A DNA stretch of 64,000 nucleotides, from assembly GCA_963761305.1 (NCBI GenBank), contig CAVXGK010000001.1, positions 1,600,001 to 1,664,000 on the forward strand. Direction: 5' to 3'. The DNA comes from an uncultured Gemmatimonadaceae bacterium. GTDB taxonomy: Bacteria > Gemmatimonadota > Gemmatimonadetes > Gemmatimonadales > Gemmatimonadaceae. Positions 18,805-28,061 of this stretch are shown here, piece by piece; the first letter of the stretch is position 1, and every line of letters begins with the position of its first letter. Position numbers and translations under genes: made by a program. The notes below the pieces were generated by a model. That model saw nothing but the letters and a program-made list of their open reading frames with translations. It searched no databases and was not told the DNA's origin.

Positions 18805-21633
18805 CTAGGAACGTTGCCTGCGCGTGCGGCGACGCTCGCCTCTGAGCGTGGGTTGGCCGGCACCTTTCGCGTCCGTGTGGCGACTCGTCTCCGCCGACGC
18901 CGCCGGGATCGCGAAGTAGAAGCTGCTGCCACGTCCCAGCGCGCTCTCCACCCAAATGCGGCCGCCGTGCGCCTCGACGATGCCGCGGGTGATCGGCAGA
19001 CCGAGTCCCGCGCCGAGTCGACGCGCTCGCGTGGCCGCTTGCCAGAAGCGTTCGAAGACGTGCGGCACGTTTTCGGGCGCGATGCCGGCGCCGGTGTCGG
19101 CGACTGAAAACACGACCTCCTGATTCCCCGGCACCGCGCGAACGGTGATGCATCCGCCCTTCGGCGTGAACTTGACCGCGTTTCCAATGAGGTTGTCGAA
19201 GACCTGGAGCAGGCGGTCGCGATCCCCCATGACAGCCTGAACCCCGCGGTCGACTTCGAGGCGCAGCTCGAGGCCGGCCGACGCGGCGAGTGTGGCGTGA
19301 GTCTCCACCGCATCCCGCGCCAGCTCCACCGCGGAAAGGCGCTCTCGCTCGACCTTCAATTGCCCGGCCTCCACCTGCGCCACGTCGAGGAGATCTTGAA
19401 TCAGGCGATTCATCCGCTCGGCGGAGCGGGCGATGATCAGACGCGGCGTCTGATCGCGCTGCTCCGGCTCCGGGCCGGAACGCTCGAGCATCTCGGCTTG
19501 CATCATGATGGCGCTGAGGGGATTCCTCAGATCGTGGGCGACGATACCCAGCACGTCGTCGCGCGCGGCCAACGCGCGCTGGAGCGCGGCCTCTGCTTGC
19601 TTCCGATCCGTGACGTCGCGCAGCACGACCGAGAAGAACGTCGCTCCTTCGACATCGACCTTGGAGATCGACGCCTCGGCTGGAAACTCCTCGCCGTTCT
19701 TTCGGAGACCGAAGATCTCTCGCATTCGGCGGGCGACTTCCCGCCCGGCGGCGAATGCCGCGAAGTCCGCCCGATGCGCCGCGCGAAAGCGCTCGGGAAT
19801 GAGCCGCTCGAGCGCCGTGCCGAGCACCTCGCGGTTGGCATAGCCAAAGATCTTTTCGGCGCCCTCGTTGAAGATCGTGATGCGCTGGTCCTTGTCGACC
19901 GAGATGATCGCGTCGGACGCAATGGAGACGATGCCGGAGAACTTGGCCTCCGACAGACGAATGGCCTCGCTGGCCCGTTTGCGCAGCGTGACGTCTTCGA
20001 TCTGCGAGATGAAATACCTCGGCGCACCGTCCGGTGCGCGAAACAGCGAGACGTTGAGCAGACACTCGACGACCGACCCGTCTTTGCGGATGTAGCGTTT
20101 CTCGAACTGATATCGCGGGATGTCGCCGCGAGAGAGGCGGTCCGACAGCTCGACCTCTTTTCCGAGATCGTCCGGATGGGTGATGTCGCGGAAGGTGCGT
20201 TGGGTGAGCTCGTCGGCGCTGTAGCCCGTGATGTCGCAGAGCGCGCGATTCACGCGAACGAAGCGGCCGTCGAGCGCGACGAGCGCCATTCCGGTGGCCG
20301 CGTTGTCGATCGTGAGGCGGAACCGCTCCTCCGACTCGCGCAATTGCGCGTTGGCCGACTCGGCCCGCTCCCGAGCGAGCTGCTCGCGTGCCAGCAGTTG
20401 CTCACGCTCGTCGGCGATTCGCCGCGCCTCGGAGATGTCGCGCGTCACCGTGCCCATGCCCAGGATCCGCTTGCCGCTGGCGTCGCGGATTGTGAAATGG
20501 GTATCCGAGACCGGGATCGCCTCGTTCGTCTCGAAATTCCGAAACTGCGTCTCGCCGGACCAGTGGCCGCGCTCGAGCATCGTCTTGAGAATCACATCGG
20601 TGACGAAGGAACGAAGCTCCGGTGGATAGAAATCCTCGATCGGGATTTGGCCCACCGGAAAATCCGGCGACAGGCCGACCATTCGACGGCCGGCGGCGTT
20701 GACGTACATCGGTTTCCCGGCCGGATCGGCGATTCCGATGAAATCCGTGGAGTTGTCGAGCAGAGCCACGAAGACCTGTCGGAAATCCTCGATGCGTTTG
20801 CGCGCGCTGATGTCGCGGATGAACGCCTGCCACCGGCCGTCCGGCAGGATGTTCGCGCTCGTTTCGACGGGCACGCGAGTCCCGTCGCGCCGCATCAACG
20901 TCCATTCGGATTTGGTCACCGTACCCGGCACCAACAGTTCAGCCTTGACCGCCTCCAGTCGCGCCGCGTCCTCGGGCGGGATGACGTCGAAGATCGTCTT
21001 CCCAATCAGCTCGTCGCGCGCGTAACCCACGAGTTGGCAGGCGGCCTGGTTCACGTCGGTAAAGCGGGCGTCGAGATTGGCAAGAAAGTAGGCGTCGGGC
21101 GCGAGCTCGATGGTTTCTCGCTCTCGCGCCAACAATCGTGCGCGCTCTTCGCTTGCATTCCGCAAGGCCTCATTGGCCTCCTCCAGACGTCGGCGCCGTC
21201 TGGTCGTCAGAGCCGCTACGTAGACGATGACGAGTCCGTCGATGGCATACAGCGATACCTGAAGGACTGCCCGTGACACCGAGTTTCCCGCGAACACGAC
21301 GAACATCATGACGCCCAACGGAAAGCTGATCACGACGCTCGCGAACGCGGGGCCGGCCCCAGCCAACAGGCCGGTCAGTAATAACGCGGAGCAGAACAGG
21401 ACGAAGGGAGCGTCCATCCCGATCCACGGCGTCGCCAGGATCCTGACCGCGAGAGCGACCACTACCGCGGAGAGGCCGAACGCATAGCGGGCGACATTGC
21501 TCTGGAAGAGCAGATCGTTGCGCCCGCGACGCGCACGTCGAACGCGCTTGCGACTGAACAACTGCAGAAGACGCTCCCAGAGACCGACACGACGGACGCC
21601 AGGTGAGTCCAGTGAAAAAAACAAGCCGGGCAC
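18805..21633 (-). CDS. Membrane-anchored multi-PAS sensor histidine kinase
   Basis: N-terminal TM bundle (DUF4118-like), ~4 PAS/PAC repeats, AHDLRNPL, NLIGNAVKF, DTGAG, GAGLGL; start uncertain (GTG 21633 chosen to avoid overlapping the upstream gene). Confidence 0.9.
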   Translation of the reverse strand: MPGLFFSLDSPGVRRVGLWERLLQLFSRKRVRRARRGRNDLLFQSNVARYAFGLSAVVVALAVRILATPWIGMDAPFVLFCSALLLTGLLAGAGPAFASVVISFPLGVMMFVVFAGNSVSRAVLQVSLYAIDGLVIVYVAALTTRRRRRLEEANEALRNASEERARLLARERETIELAPDAYFLANLDARFTDVNQAACQLVGYARDELIGKTIFDVIPPEDAARLEAVKAELLVPGTVTKSEWTLMRRDGTRVPVETSANILPDGRWQAFIRDISARKRIEDFRQVFVALLDNSTDFIGIADPAGKPMYVNAAGRRMVGLSPDFPVGQIPIEDFYPPELRSFVTDVILKTMLERGHWSGETQFRNFETNEAIPVSDTHFTIRDASGKRILGMGTVTRDISEARRIADEREQLLAREQLARERAESANAQLRESEERFRLTIDNAATGMALVALDGRFVRVNRALCDITGYSADELTQRTFRDITHPDDLGKEVELSDRLSRGDIPRYQFEKRYIRKDGSVVECLLNVSLFRAPDGAPRYFISQIEDVTLRKRASEAIRLSEAKFSGIVSIASDAIISVDKDQRITIFNEGAEKIFGYANREVLGTALERLIPERFRAAHRADFAAFAAGREVARRMREIFGLRKNGEEFPAEASISKVDVEGATFFSVVLRDVTDRKQAEAALQRALAARDDVLGIVAHDLRNPLSAIMMQAEMLERSGPEPEQRDQTPRLIIARSAERMNRLIQDLLDVAQVEAGQLKVERERLSAVELARDAVETHATLAASAGLELRLEVDRGVQAVMGDRDRLLQVFDNLIGNAVKFTPKGGCITVRAVPGNQEVVFSVADTGAGIAPENVPHVFERFWQAATRARRLGAGLGLPITRGIVEAHGGRIWVESALGRGSSFYFAIPAASAETSRHTDAKGAGQPTLRGERRRTRRQRS

Positions 21634-21731
21634 GTGGACGTCGCCGCGCGTTCTATGAAAGGCGACTGACAGTACTGCCAAAGGTCTATTGTTGCTCGCC
21701 TCGCAACCGGCGCAATCGGGGCGCGCGGCGT

Positions 21732-22103
21732 TCAGCGTTCGTGTGCGGCCGTCGCCAGTGCCGAGCGGAGACGATCCACGACGGCGGCCGGGTCCGCGAC
21801 CTCGATCACCAGTCGCTGGTAGTGTTCGTGATCGAGCTCGATGACGACGGTGCGCTCTGGGTCGTGGACGTCGTAGAACACAAACCCGCTGTCTTGATAG
21901 AAGCTGCCGGCGGTCAACACTCCGGGAATCTGCGTGCCAGGAAGACGCACGCCGTGCCACCAGCCGCGCGCGGGTTCCGGATCGGCGCGCACGCCCGTGA
22001 TGTGCGCGAGCGGAAGCTCGAGTTGGCTCTTCAGGGCCCAGAGCCTGTCCCAGCCCTCGACTTCGAAACGAACGCGGTCCCCATGAATCGAGACTTCAAC
22101 CAT
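21732..22103 (-). CDS. Conserved hypothetical protein (PH-fold-like)
   Basis: GGGAGG RBS; LELPLAHITGVR, RLPGTQIPGVLTAG, YQRLVIEVADP pattern. Confidence 0.7.
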   Translation of the reverse strand: MVEVSIHGDRVRFEVEGWDRLWALKSQLELPLAHITGVRADPEPARGWWHGVRLPGTQIPGVLTAGSFYQDSGFVFYDVHDPERTVVIELDHEHYQRLVIEVADPAAVVDRLRSALATAAHER

Positions 22104-22251
22104 GATCAGCGCCTCCCCGGTCGGTTCTCACTTTGTAAATGTGGCCACAAAGGCGGCGCCGGCAATCCGCAAGTAGCGCTGAACGGGACTTGGCGCGGAC
22201 GGATTTTGCGTAACCGTTCCGCTCTCCGCGAGGTTCGCATATTTTCTTCCC

Positions 22252-22932
22252 ATGCTACTCGGCGTCGCGGGCATGGTCGGCACGGGCAAGACGACGCTTT
22301 CACGCGCGCTGGCCTCTCGGTTCGGTTTGCAGATGGCCCTCGAGAGCGTCGACGCCGAGAATCCGTGGCTCGAGAGCTTCTACGCCGGCCAGGACGAGAT
22401 GCACGCCTACGCGATGCATCTCCAGCTCCACTTCCTCACCACGCGCTTCGCCTCCATGCGCCGCATGCGTGGACTCGGCGGAAGTTGGGTGCTCGACCGC
22501 ACCTGGTACGAGGACGCCGAGATCTTCGCGCGAGGATTGTTCGAGCAGAGCTACATGACGTCGGACGAGTGGACGCTCTATCGGCGATTGTATTCGGAGC
22601 TGCTCCACTCGCCCGCGGCACGGCCGCCGCGATTGCTGATCTACCTCCACGGTCCCGTCGACGTCGTCACCGAACGCATCGCGACGCGCGGCCGTCCGAG
22701 CGAGAAGGACGTGTCGCCGGACTACTGGCGCGCGTTGCACGAGCGCTACGAGCGGTGGATCTCATTATTCCGTCACTGCCCCGTGCTGTCGATCGACGTG
22801 CGAGACTACGATCTCGTCGCCGACGGTTCCGCGGTGGACGAGATCGCGGGGCGTGTGCGCCAGCAGCTCGAGGGCGAGCTGCCGCAGACCGAACTGTGGC
22901 CGGCCGTGTCGCGCCGGCACGCTTTCGCGTGA
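22252..22932 (+). CDS. Deoxynucleoside kinase family protein
   Basis: GMVGTGKTT P-loop, ESVDAENPWLESFY, LQLHFL..RF, LDRTWYEDAEIF, RIATRGR lid. Confidence 0.9.
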   Translation: MLLGVAGMVGTGKTTLSRALASRFGLQMALESVDAENPWLESFYAGQDEMHAYAMHLQLHFLTTRFASMRRMRGLGGSWVLDRTWYEDAEIFARGLFEQSYMTSDEWTLYRRLYSELLHSPAARPPRLLIYLHGPVDVVTERIATRGRPSEKDVSPDYWRALHERYERWISLFRHCPVLSIDVRDYDLVADGSAVDEIAGRVRQQLEGELPQTELWPAVSRRHAFA

Positions 22933-22947
22933 GCGCGCGGAGCCTCG

Positions 22948-23247
22948 ATGGGACTCTTGTCGAAGATTCTCTTCTTTCCCGTCGCCGGGCCTGTCGCCGG
23001 CATCCGCTGGTCGCTCGGTAAGGTCCAGAAAGTCGTCGAGGACGAGCTCACCGACGACACGCCGGTGAAGCAGCAGCTGATGGAGCTGCAGCTCGAGCTC
23101 GAGGTGGGCGACATCGACGACGCCGAGTACTCGCGCCGCGAAGCGGAGATCATGGCGCGACTGCGCGAGGTCCGCGCGTGGCGCGAGCGACTCGGCAAAG
23201 CGACGAGCGGCGGTCCCGTTCGCGTGGCGCGCGACGACGAGGAGTGA
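22948..23247 (+). CDS. gvpG: Gas vesicle protein GvpG
   Basis: MGLL..IL..P..P..G..W N-terminus; L.ELQ..LE.G.I...EY...E..I..RL C-terminus. Confidence 0.85.
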   Translation: MGLLSKILFFPVAGPVAGIRWSLGKVQKVVEDELTDDTPVKQQLMELQLELEVGDIDDAEYSRREAEIMARLREVRAWRERLGKATSGGPVRVARDDEE

Positions 23248-25139
23248 GCGCGCTCGATTCGCTGCTCGATCGACTTCCACGCATCACCCTCGTCGTCGGA
23301 AAAGGCGGCGTCGGCAAGACCACGCTCGCCGTCGGTATCGGCATCGCGTTCGCTCGGCGCGGCGAAAAGACGCTCGTCGTCTCGACGGACCCGGCCGCGG
23401 CGCTCGGCGACGTGATCGGCGCTCCCGTCGGCGGCGCGACGCGCGGCGTGCGCGGAGTGAGCGGCCTTCAGGCGCGCCAACTCGACGCGCTCCCGTTGCG
23501 GCGTGCGTTTCTCGATCGCTGGCGCGCCGTCATGGCGGAAATCGTCGACCGCGGCACGTATCTCGACCGCTCCGAGGTCGATGGACTGGTCGACGCGGCG
23601 CTTCCGGGCGCCGACGAGATCTTCGCGCTGCTCGCGCTCGCCGACGTGATGGCGCAGACGCGCGGTCCGGCGCGGGTCGTCGTCGACACGGCGCCGACCG
23701 GCCACACGCTGCGCCTCCTCGCGCTGCCGGACACGTTTCGCGCGTTGCTCGACATGCTCGAGCTGATGCAGGACAAACACCGGTTCGTCGTCCGCGCCCT
23801 CACGCGCCGCTACGCGCGCGACGCGGCCGACGATTTCCTCGACGAGATGCGCGGCCGCGTCGACACGCTCAAGCGCGTGTTGGCCGACGACCGGTCGCTC
23901 GCCGCGCTGGTCGTCACGCGCGCCGAGCCGGTGGTCGCCGTCGAAACGGCGCGTTACGTCGACGCGCTGCGGACGCTCGGCGTCTCGATCGCGGCGCTGG
24001 TGGTGAACGCGGTGCCCGAGCAGACGGCCGACACGCGCTCGTCGTCTCGCGCGATTGATTCGTCGATTGCCCGGCTTTTCGTTCCGCGGCGATCGCGTCC
24101 TCCGCGCGGCGTCGCCGGTGTATCGGCCACGGTTGCCGCGATGACCACGACAGTCGTGCGACCCGCCGCGCGACCGTCCGTACGACAGGCCGCGCGGCCA
24201 CGAGCGCGAACGACGCGGAAACCCGTGCGCAGCATCGCGCTGGACGCGCTCGTGCGGCCACTCACGATCGTCGGCGGCAAGGGCGGCGTCGGCAAATCCA
24301 CCGTGTCGTGTGCCCTGGCCATCGCGGCCGCCGATGCGGGCGATGGGCCAGTGTTGCTCGTCTCAATCGATCCGGCGCCGTCGATCGCCGACGCGCTCGG
24401 CGTGAAGGACGGATCGTGGAGCGGCGGCGCCGAACGAAATGTCAGCGGGGTGAAAGGACTCGTGGCCCGGCAGCTCGACGCGGCGGCGGCGTTCGCGGCG
24501 GCGCGCGATCGGTACCAGTCGCAGATCGACTCGATGTTCGGCGCCGTGATCGCGCGCAGCGCCGACGCCGAGCGCGATCGCGCCGTCATGCGCGACCTGT
24601 TGTCGCTCGCGCCGCCGGGCGTCGACGAGCTGTTCGCGCTGTCGACGCTCGGTGACGAGCTGGCCGAGGGACGGTTCGCCCGCATCGTCGTCGATCCGGC
24701 GCCAACCGGGCATCTGCTTCGTTTGCTCGAGATGCCGGCGATCGCGCTCGACTGGAGTCATCGCCTGATGCGTCTGATGCTCGACTATCGCGAGGTCGTC
24801 GGGCTCGGCGACGCGGCCGGCGAGCTGCTCGAGTTCGCGAAGCGAACGCGTGCGCTCGACGCGCTGCTGCGCGATCGCGAGCGATCCGGCGTGATACTCG
24901 TCACTCTCGACGAGCCCGTCGTGCGGTTACAGACGCGCCGACTCGCGCGCGCGGTGCGGCAGCGCGGCGCCGACGTGATCGCGCTCGTTTGGAATCGAAC
25001 GAGCCGATCGATCGACCCTCTTCCTCAGTTCGTTGCCGCGCGCCAAGTTTGCGCCGAAGAGACGCGTCCGTCGCCGGTCGGCGTCGCGACGTTGCGAACA
25101 TGGTCGCGCTCCTGGCGCGAGGTACGCGCTACGGCTTGA
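23244..25139 (+). CDS. ArsA/Get3-family (SIMIBI) ATPase with two tandem nucleotide-binding domains
   Basis: Two GKGGVGK(T/S) deviant P-loops, S(T/I)DPA switch I, PG(A/V)DE, DTAPTGH and DPAPTGH switch II; GTGA overlap with gvpG. Confidence 0.92.
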   Translation: MSALDSLLDRLPRITLVVGKGGVGKTTLAVGIGIAFARRGEKTLVVSTDPAAALGDVIGAPVGGATRGVRGVSGLQARQLDALPLRRAFLDRWRAVMAEIVDRGTYLDRSEVDGLVDAALPGADEIFALLALADVMAQTRGPARVVVDTAPTGHTLRLLALPDTFRALLDMLELMQDKHRFVVRALTRRYARDAADDFLDEMRGRVDTLKRVLADDRSLAALVVTRAEPVVAVETARYVDALRTLGVSIAALVVNAVPEQTADTRSSSRAIDSSIARLFVPRRSRPPRGVAGVSATVAAMTTTVVRPAARPSVRQAARPRARTTRKPVRSIALDALVRPLTIVGGKGGVGKSTVSCALAIAAADAGDGPVLLVSIDPAPSIADALGVKDGSWSGGAERNVSGVKGLVARQLDAAAAFAAARDRYQSQIDSMFGAVIARSADAERDRAVMRDLLSLAPPGVDELFALSTLGDELAEGRFARIVVDPAPTGHLLRLLEMPAIALDWSHRLMRLMLDYREVVGLGDAAGELLEFAKRTRALDALLRDRERSGVILVTLDEPVVRLQTRRLARAVRQRGADVIALVWNRTSRSIDPLPQFVAARQVCAEETRPSPVGVATLRTWSRSWREVRATA

Positions 25140-25149
25140 GTGTTCTCGA

Positions 25150-25971
25150 ATGTCCTCGTCCACCACATCGATCTGCTACGTGTACGGCATCGTCCCGTCG
25201 GCGCTCGACGCCGCGTCCGCGCCCGAGGGGCTCGACGGCGCACGCGTGGCCCTAGAGCACTGCGACGGGGTCGCCGCGCTCGTGTCGTCGGTGGATGGCG
25301 AGTCGTACGCGCCGTCGGTGCTGGAGCAGAGCACGGGGGACGTCGAGTGGATGAGCCCGCGCGCCGTCGCGCACGACCGCGTGCTCACCTGGGCGAGCGA
25401 CCGCGGCGCCGTGATCCCGATGCCGATGTTCTCGCTCTTCACCGGCTCGGCGTCCGTGCAACGGATGCTGTGCGAGCGGTCGCCGCAACTCGCCGAAACG
25501 TTGCGGCGTGTTTCGCAGGGGCGCGAGTACGCGCTGCGCGTCTACCGAGTGGACGCCGAGTTGATGGAGGCGATGACCTCGCTCAGCCCGCGGCTCGCCG
25601 AGCTCGCCGCCAAGTCCGCCGCGGCGTCGCCGGGGCAACGGTACCTGCTCGAGCGCAAGCTCGACGACGAAAAGCGCTCCGAGATGCGCGGCGTGACGAC
25701 GGAAGTCACCGACGCGATCGTCGGCGCGCTGTCGGCCGACGCGCTCGAGTCGGCGCGCTCGCCGATTCCGCGCGTGACCGACGCGGCCGGACGCGGAACG
25801 ATGGTGTTGAACGCGGCGTTTCTCGTCGCACCCGACCGGCTGATGGCGTTTCAGCAGACGTTGACGTCGCTGGTGGAACAGCACGGTGCGCGCGGATTCC
25901 GCTTCGACTTCACCGGGCCGTGGCCGCCGTATCACTTCGCCAGCGGCAACGCGGCGGGAAACGGCGCATGA
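25150..25971 (+). CDS. gvpL: GvpL/GvpF family gas vesicle protein
   Basis: YVYGIV N-terminus, AHDRVL, VIPMP, PGQRYL, LNAAFLV, TGPWPPYHF C-terminus. Confidence 0.88.
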   Translation: MSSSTTSICYVYGIVPSALDAASAPEGLDGARVALEHCDGVAALVSSVDGESYAPSVLEQSTGDVEWMSPRAVAHDRVLTWASDRGAVIPMPMFSLFTGSASVQRMLCERSPQLAETLRRVSQGREYALRVYRVDAELMEAMTSLSPRLAELAAKSAAASPGQRYLLERKLDDEKRSEMRGVTTEVTDAIVGALSADALESARSPIPRVTDAAGRGTMVLNAAFLVAPDRLMAFQQTLTSLVEQHGARGFRFDFTGPWPPYHFASGNAAGNGA

Positions 25972-26195
25972 CCAACGAGGACGATGACATCGATGCGCGA
26001 CAGGTGGTCCTTGGCGACCTGCTCAACCACGTGCTCGACAAGGGCCTCGTGATCGGCGGCACAGTGACGATCTCCGTCGCGGACATCGACCTGGTGCTCG
26101 TCGATCTCCGCGTGCTGCTCACGTCCGTCGAGACGGTGGCCAGTCGCGGCATCGAGCGCAGCGCCGGCGCGATCGTGTCCGGGGCAAGTCGATGA
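25968..26195 (+). CDS. GvpA/J/M-family small gas vesicle protein (GvpS/GvpM-like)
   Basis: ATGA overlap at 25968; RQVVLGDLLNHVLDKGLVIGGTVTISVADIDLVLVDLRVLLTSVE. Confidence 0.85.
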   Translation: MTNEDDDIDARQVVLGDLLNHVLDKGLVIGGTVTISVADIDLVLVDLRVLLTSVETVASRGIERSAGAIVSGASR

Positions 26196-26941
26196 AGACG
26201 CACCTCTACTGCGTGCTTCCGCCGGATGACGGCGTGCTGCCGACCGGCTTGAGCGGTGTAGCCGGGGCACGCGTTCGCGCCATTCCCGTCGACGGCGTGG
26301 TGGCGTGGGTGAGCGACGTCGAGCGCGACGTGCCGGTGTCGTTCGAGGGCGTGCGCGCCCACGACGCCGTGGTCGAGGCGGCGCTCGAGATGGGTTCCAC
26401 GCCGGTCCCGGCCCGCTTCGGACAGCGCTTCGCCGACGACGCCGCCGTTCGCACCGCGCTATCGAGCCGGGCCGCGTCGGTCGAGCGGCTGGTCACGACG
26501 GTCCAGGGCTACGTGGAAATGACGCTGGTGCTCACGCCGTCCACTCGCCGGATGTTGCGCGACCTCGAGCCGGTGCTCCCCGAGATGTTCGACCTCGATT
26601 CTGCGGGCACTGGCCGCCGGTATCTCGAGGCGCTGAGGGCCCGCGAGGATGCGACCGGCGCGGTTCGATCGGCCCTTGATGAGCTCGCAAGTCAACTGGA
26701 GACGGCCACGCGGGACTGGGTCGTACGCTCGGCGATGCACGATCAGGTTACGAAGCTTCCCCTCCGCACGATCTCGCACCTCATCGCGCGGGGCTCGATC
26801 GCGCAATACAGGCGCGCCATCGGAGAGGTGAACGCGGATGGCGAGTTCCGATTTCTGCTGATCGGCCCGCGGGCGCCCTACAGTTTCTGTTCGCTCACCA
26901 GCGAACCGGCCGGAACACACGGCATGAAACTGGCGGACTGA
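26192..26941 (+). CDS. Second GvpL/GvpF family protein
   Basis: HLYCVL, GVAGARV, AHDAVVE, PVPARFG, GRRYL, GPRAPYSF. Confidence 0.82.
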   Translation: MKTHLYCVLPPDDGVLPTGLSGVAGARVRAIPVDGVVAWVSDVERDVPVSFEGVRAHDAVVEAALEMGSTPVPARFGQRFADDAAVRTALSSRAASVERLVTTVQGYVEMTLVLTPSTRRMLRDLEPVLPEMFDLDSAGTGRRYLEALRAREDATGAVRSALDELASQLETATRDWVVRSAMHDQVTKLPLRTISHLIARGSIAQYRRAIGEVNADGEFRFLLIGPRAPYSFCSLTSEPAGTHGMKLAD

Positions 26942-26943
26942 GC

Positions 26944-27315
26944 GTGGCAAATTCGGAATCGGTGCCGAACTCAACCGCCGATGCGGGTTCGGAGCACCGC
27001 GAATCCGGGAGTCCGTTCGACGCGGACCTGGCAGCCGTCGCCCGCGTGCTCCCCGATCGCATCAACGCCGATCCCGAGCGAGTTGAGCAAGGCCTTGCGC
27101 GACTTGTCTTGACCGTGATAGAACTGCTGCGCGAAGTGCTCGAGCATCAAGCCGTGAGACGCATGGACGGCGGGACGCTGAGCGAGGAGCAAGTGGAGCA
27201 GCTCGGAATGGCGCTGCTCAAGTTGAATCATCGGATGGACGAACTGAAAGGCCTTTTCGGACTGACCGACGAGGATCTGAACATCGACCTCGGACCGTTG
27301 GGCCGGCTGCGGTAA
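26944..27315 (+). CDS. gvpK: Gas vesicle protein GvpK
   Basis: GLARLVLTVIELLREVLEHQAVRRMDGGTLSEEQVEQLG...DLNIDLGPLG. Confidence 0.93.
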   Translation: MANSESVPNSTADAGSEHRESGSPFDADLAAVARVLPDRINADPERVEQGLARLVLTVIELLREVLEHQAVRRMDGGTLSEEQVEQLGMALLKLNHRMDELKGLFGLTDEDLNIDLGPLGRLR

Positions 27316-27348
27316 CCGCGGTGCGGACACTTCATTCTCGGCGACTGC

Positions 27349-27684
27349 ATGCCAGAGCTCGTTAGCCCCTCACGCACGCACGGATTGGTCGACATCCTCG
27401 ACCGCGTGCTCGACAAGGGGCTCGTCATTGCCGGGGACATCAAGATCAATCTCGCCAACGTCGAGTTGCTGACGATTCAGGTGCGATTGCTCGTTTGCTC
27501 CATCGACAAAGCCGAACAAATCGGGTTGAACTGGTGGCGGAGTGATCCGCGCCTGACGATGTCGCCTGCCGCGTCGGTGATGCCCGAGATCGAAACCCGG
27601 TTGGCTCGCATCGAAGAACAGCTGACTCGACTCTCGCACGCCCCGACTGCGGCTCGGGTAGAGCCGAAAACGCGTAAATCGTAA
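27349..27684 (+). CDS. gvpJ: Gas vesicle protein GvpJ
   Basis: [51 protein letters not shown]. Confidence 0.92.
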   Translation: MPELVSPSRTHGLVDILDRVLDKGLVIAGDIKINLANVELLTIQVRLLVCSIDKAEQIGLNWWRSDPRLTMSPAASVMPEIETRLARIEEQLTRLSHAPTAARVEPKTRKS

Positions 27685-27740
27685 GAAGTGGCTGCGCCAG
27701 CCTGGGCAAGCCGGTACCCTAGACTCCGAGGACGGAGACC

Positions 27741-28040
27741 ATGGCCGTCGAACGCACCCCAAGTGGCAGTTCGCTCATCGATGTGCTCGACCGCGTGCTG
27801 GACAAGGGCATCGTCATCGATGCCTGGGTGCGAGTTTCGCTGGTAGGAATCGACCTGGTAACCGTCGAAGCGCGCATCGTCGTCGCGTCGATCGACACGT
27901 ACTTGAAGTACTCGGAGGCAGTCGGCATCACCAGCTCGGTGTCGCGTCCACGCGAGATCGGCAGTGGTGACGAGTTGGAGCGGGTCCAGCGTGAGAACGC
28001 CGAACTCCGCCGGCAGCTCGAGGCTCGGGCAGTCAAATAA
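27741..28040 (+). CDS. gvpA: Major gas vesicle shell protein GvpA
   Basis: [60 protein letters not shown]. Confidence 0.95.
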   Translation: MAVERTPSGSSLIDVLDRVLDKGIVIDAWVRVSLVGIDLVTVEARIVVASIDTYLKYSEAVGITSSVSRPREIGSGDELERVQRENAELRRQLEARAVK

Positions 28041-28061
28041 TCGGCTGGAGAATGTTCTAAC

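Noticed and set aside
21634..21960. Extended N-terminus of the PAS kinase given in the ORF track
   Set aside because: Overlaps the 21732..22103 gene in another frame and reads as Arg-rich shadow sequence.
22189..22210. Sigma54 promoter upstream of the dNK-gvp operon (TTGGCGCGGACGGATTTTGC)
   Set aside because: GG to GC spacing is not 10 nt.
23244..25139. Arsenic-resistance (ars) operon
   Set aside because: The ATPase is ArsA-family but has only two Cys; no arsR, arsB, acr3, arsC or arsD is adjacent; it is embedded among gvp genes.
27685..27740. Sigma28 or sigma54 promoter in front of gvpA, which would link FliA to the gvp genes
   Set aside because: GCCGGTAC resembles a -10 but has no TAAA-like -35 at 15 nt, and there is no GG-N10-GC match; no direct link is supported.
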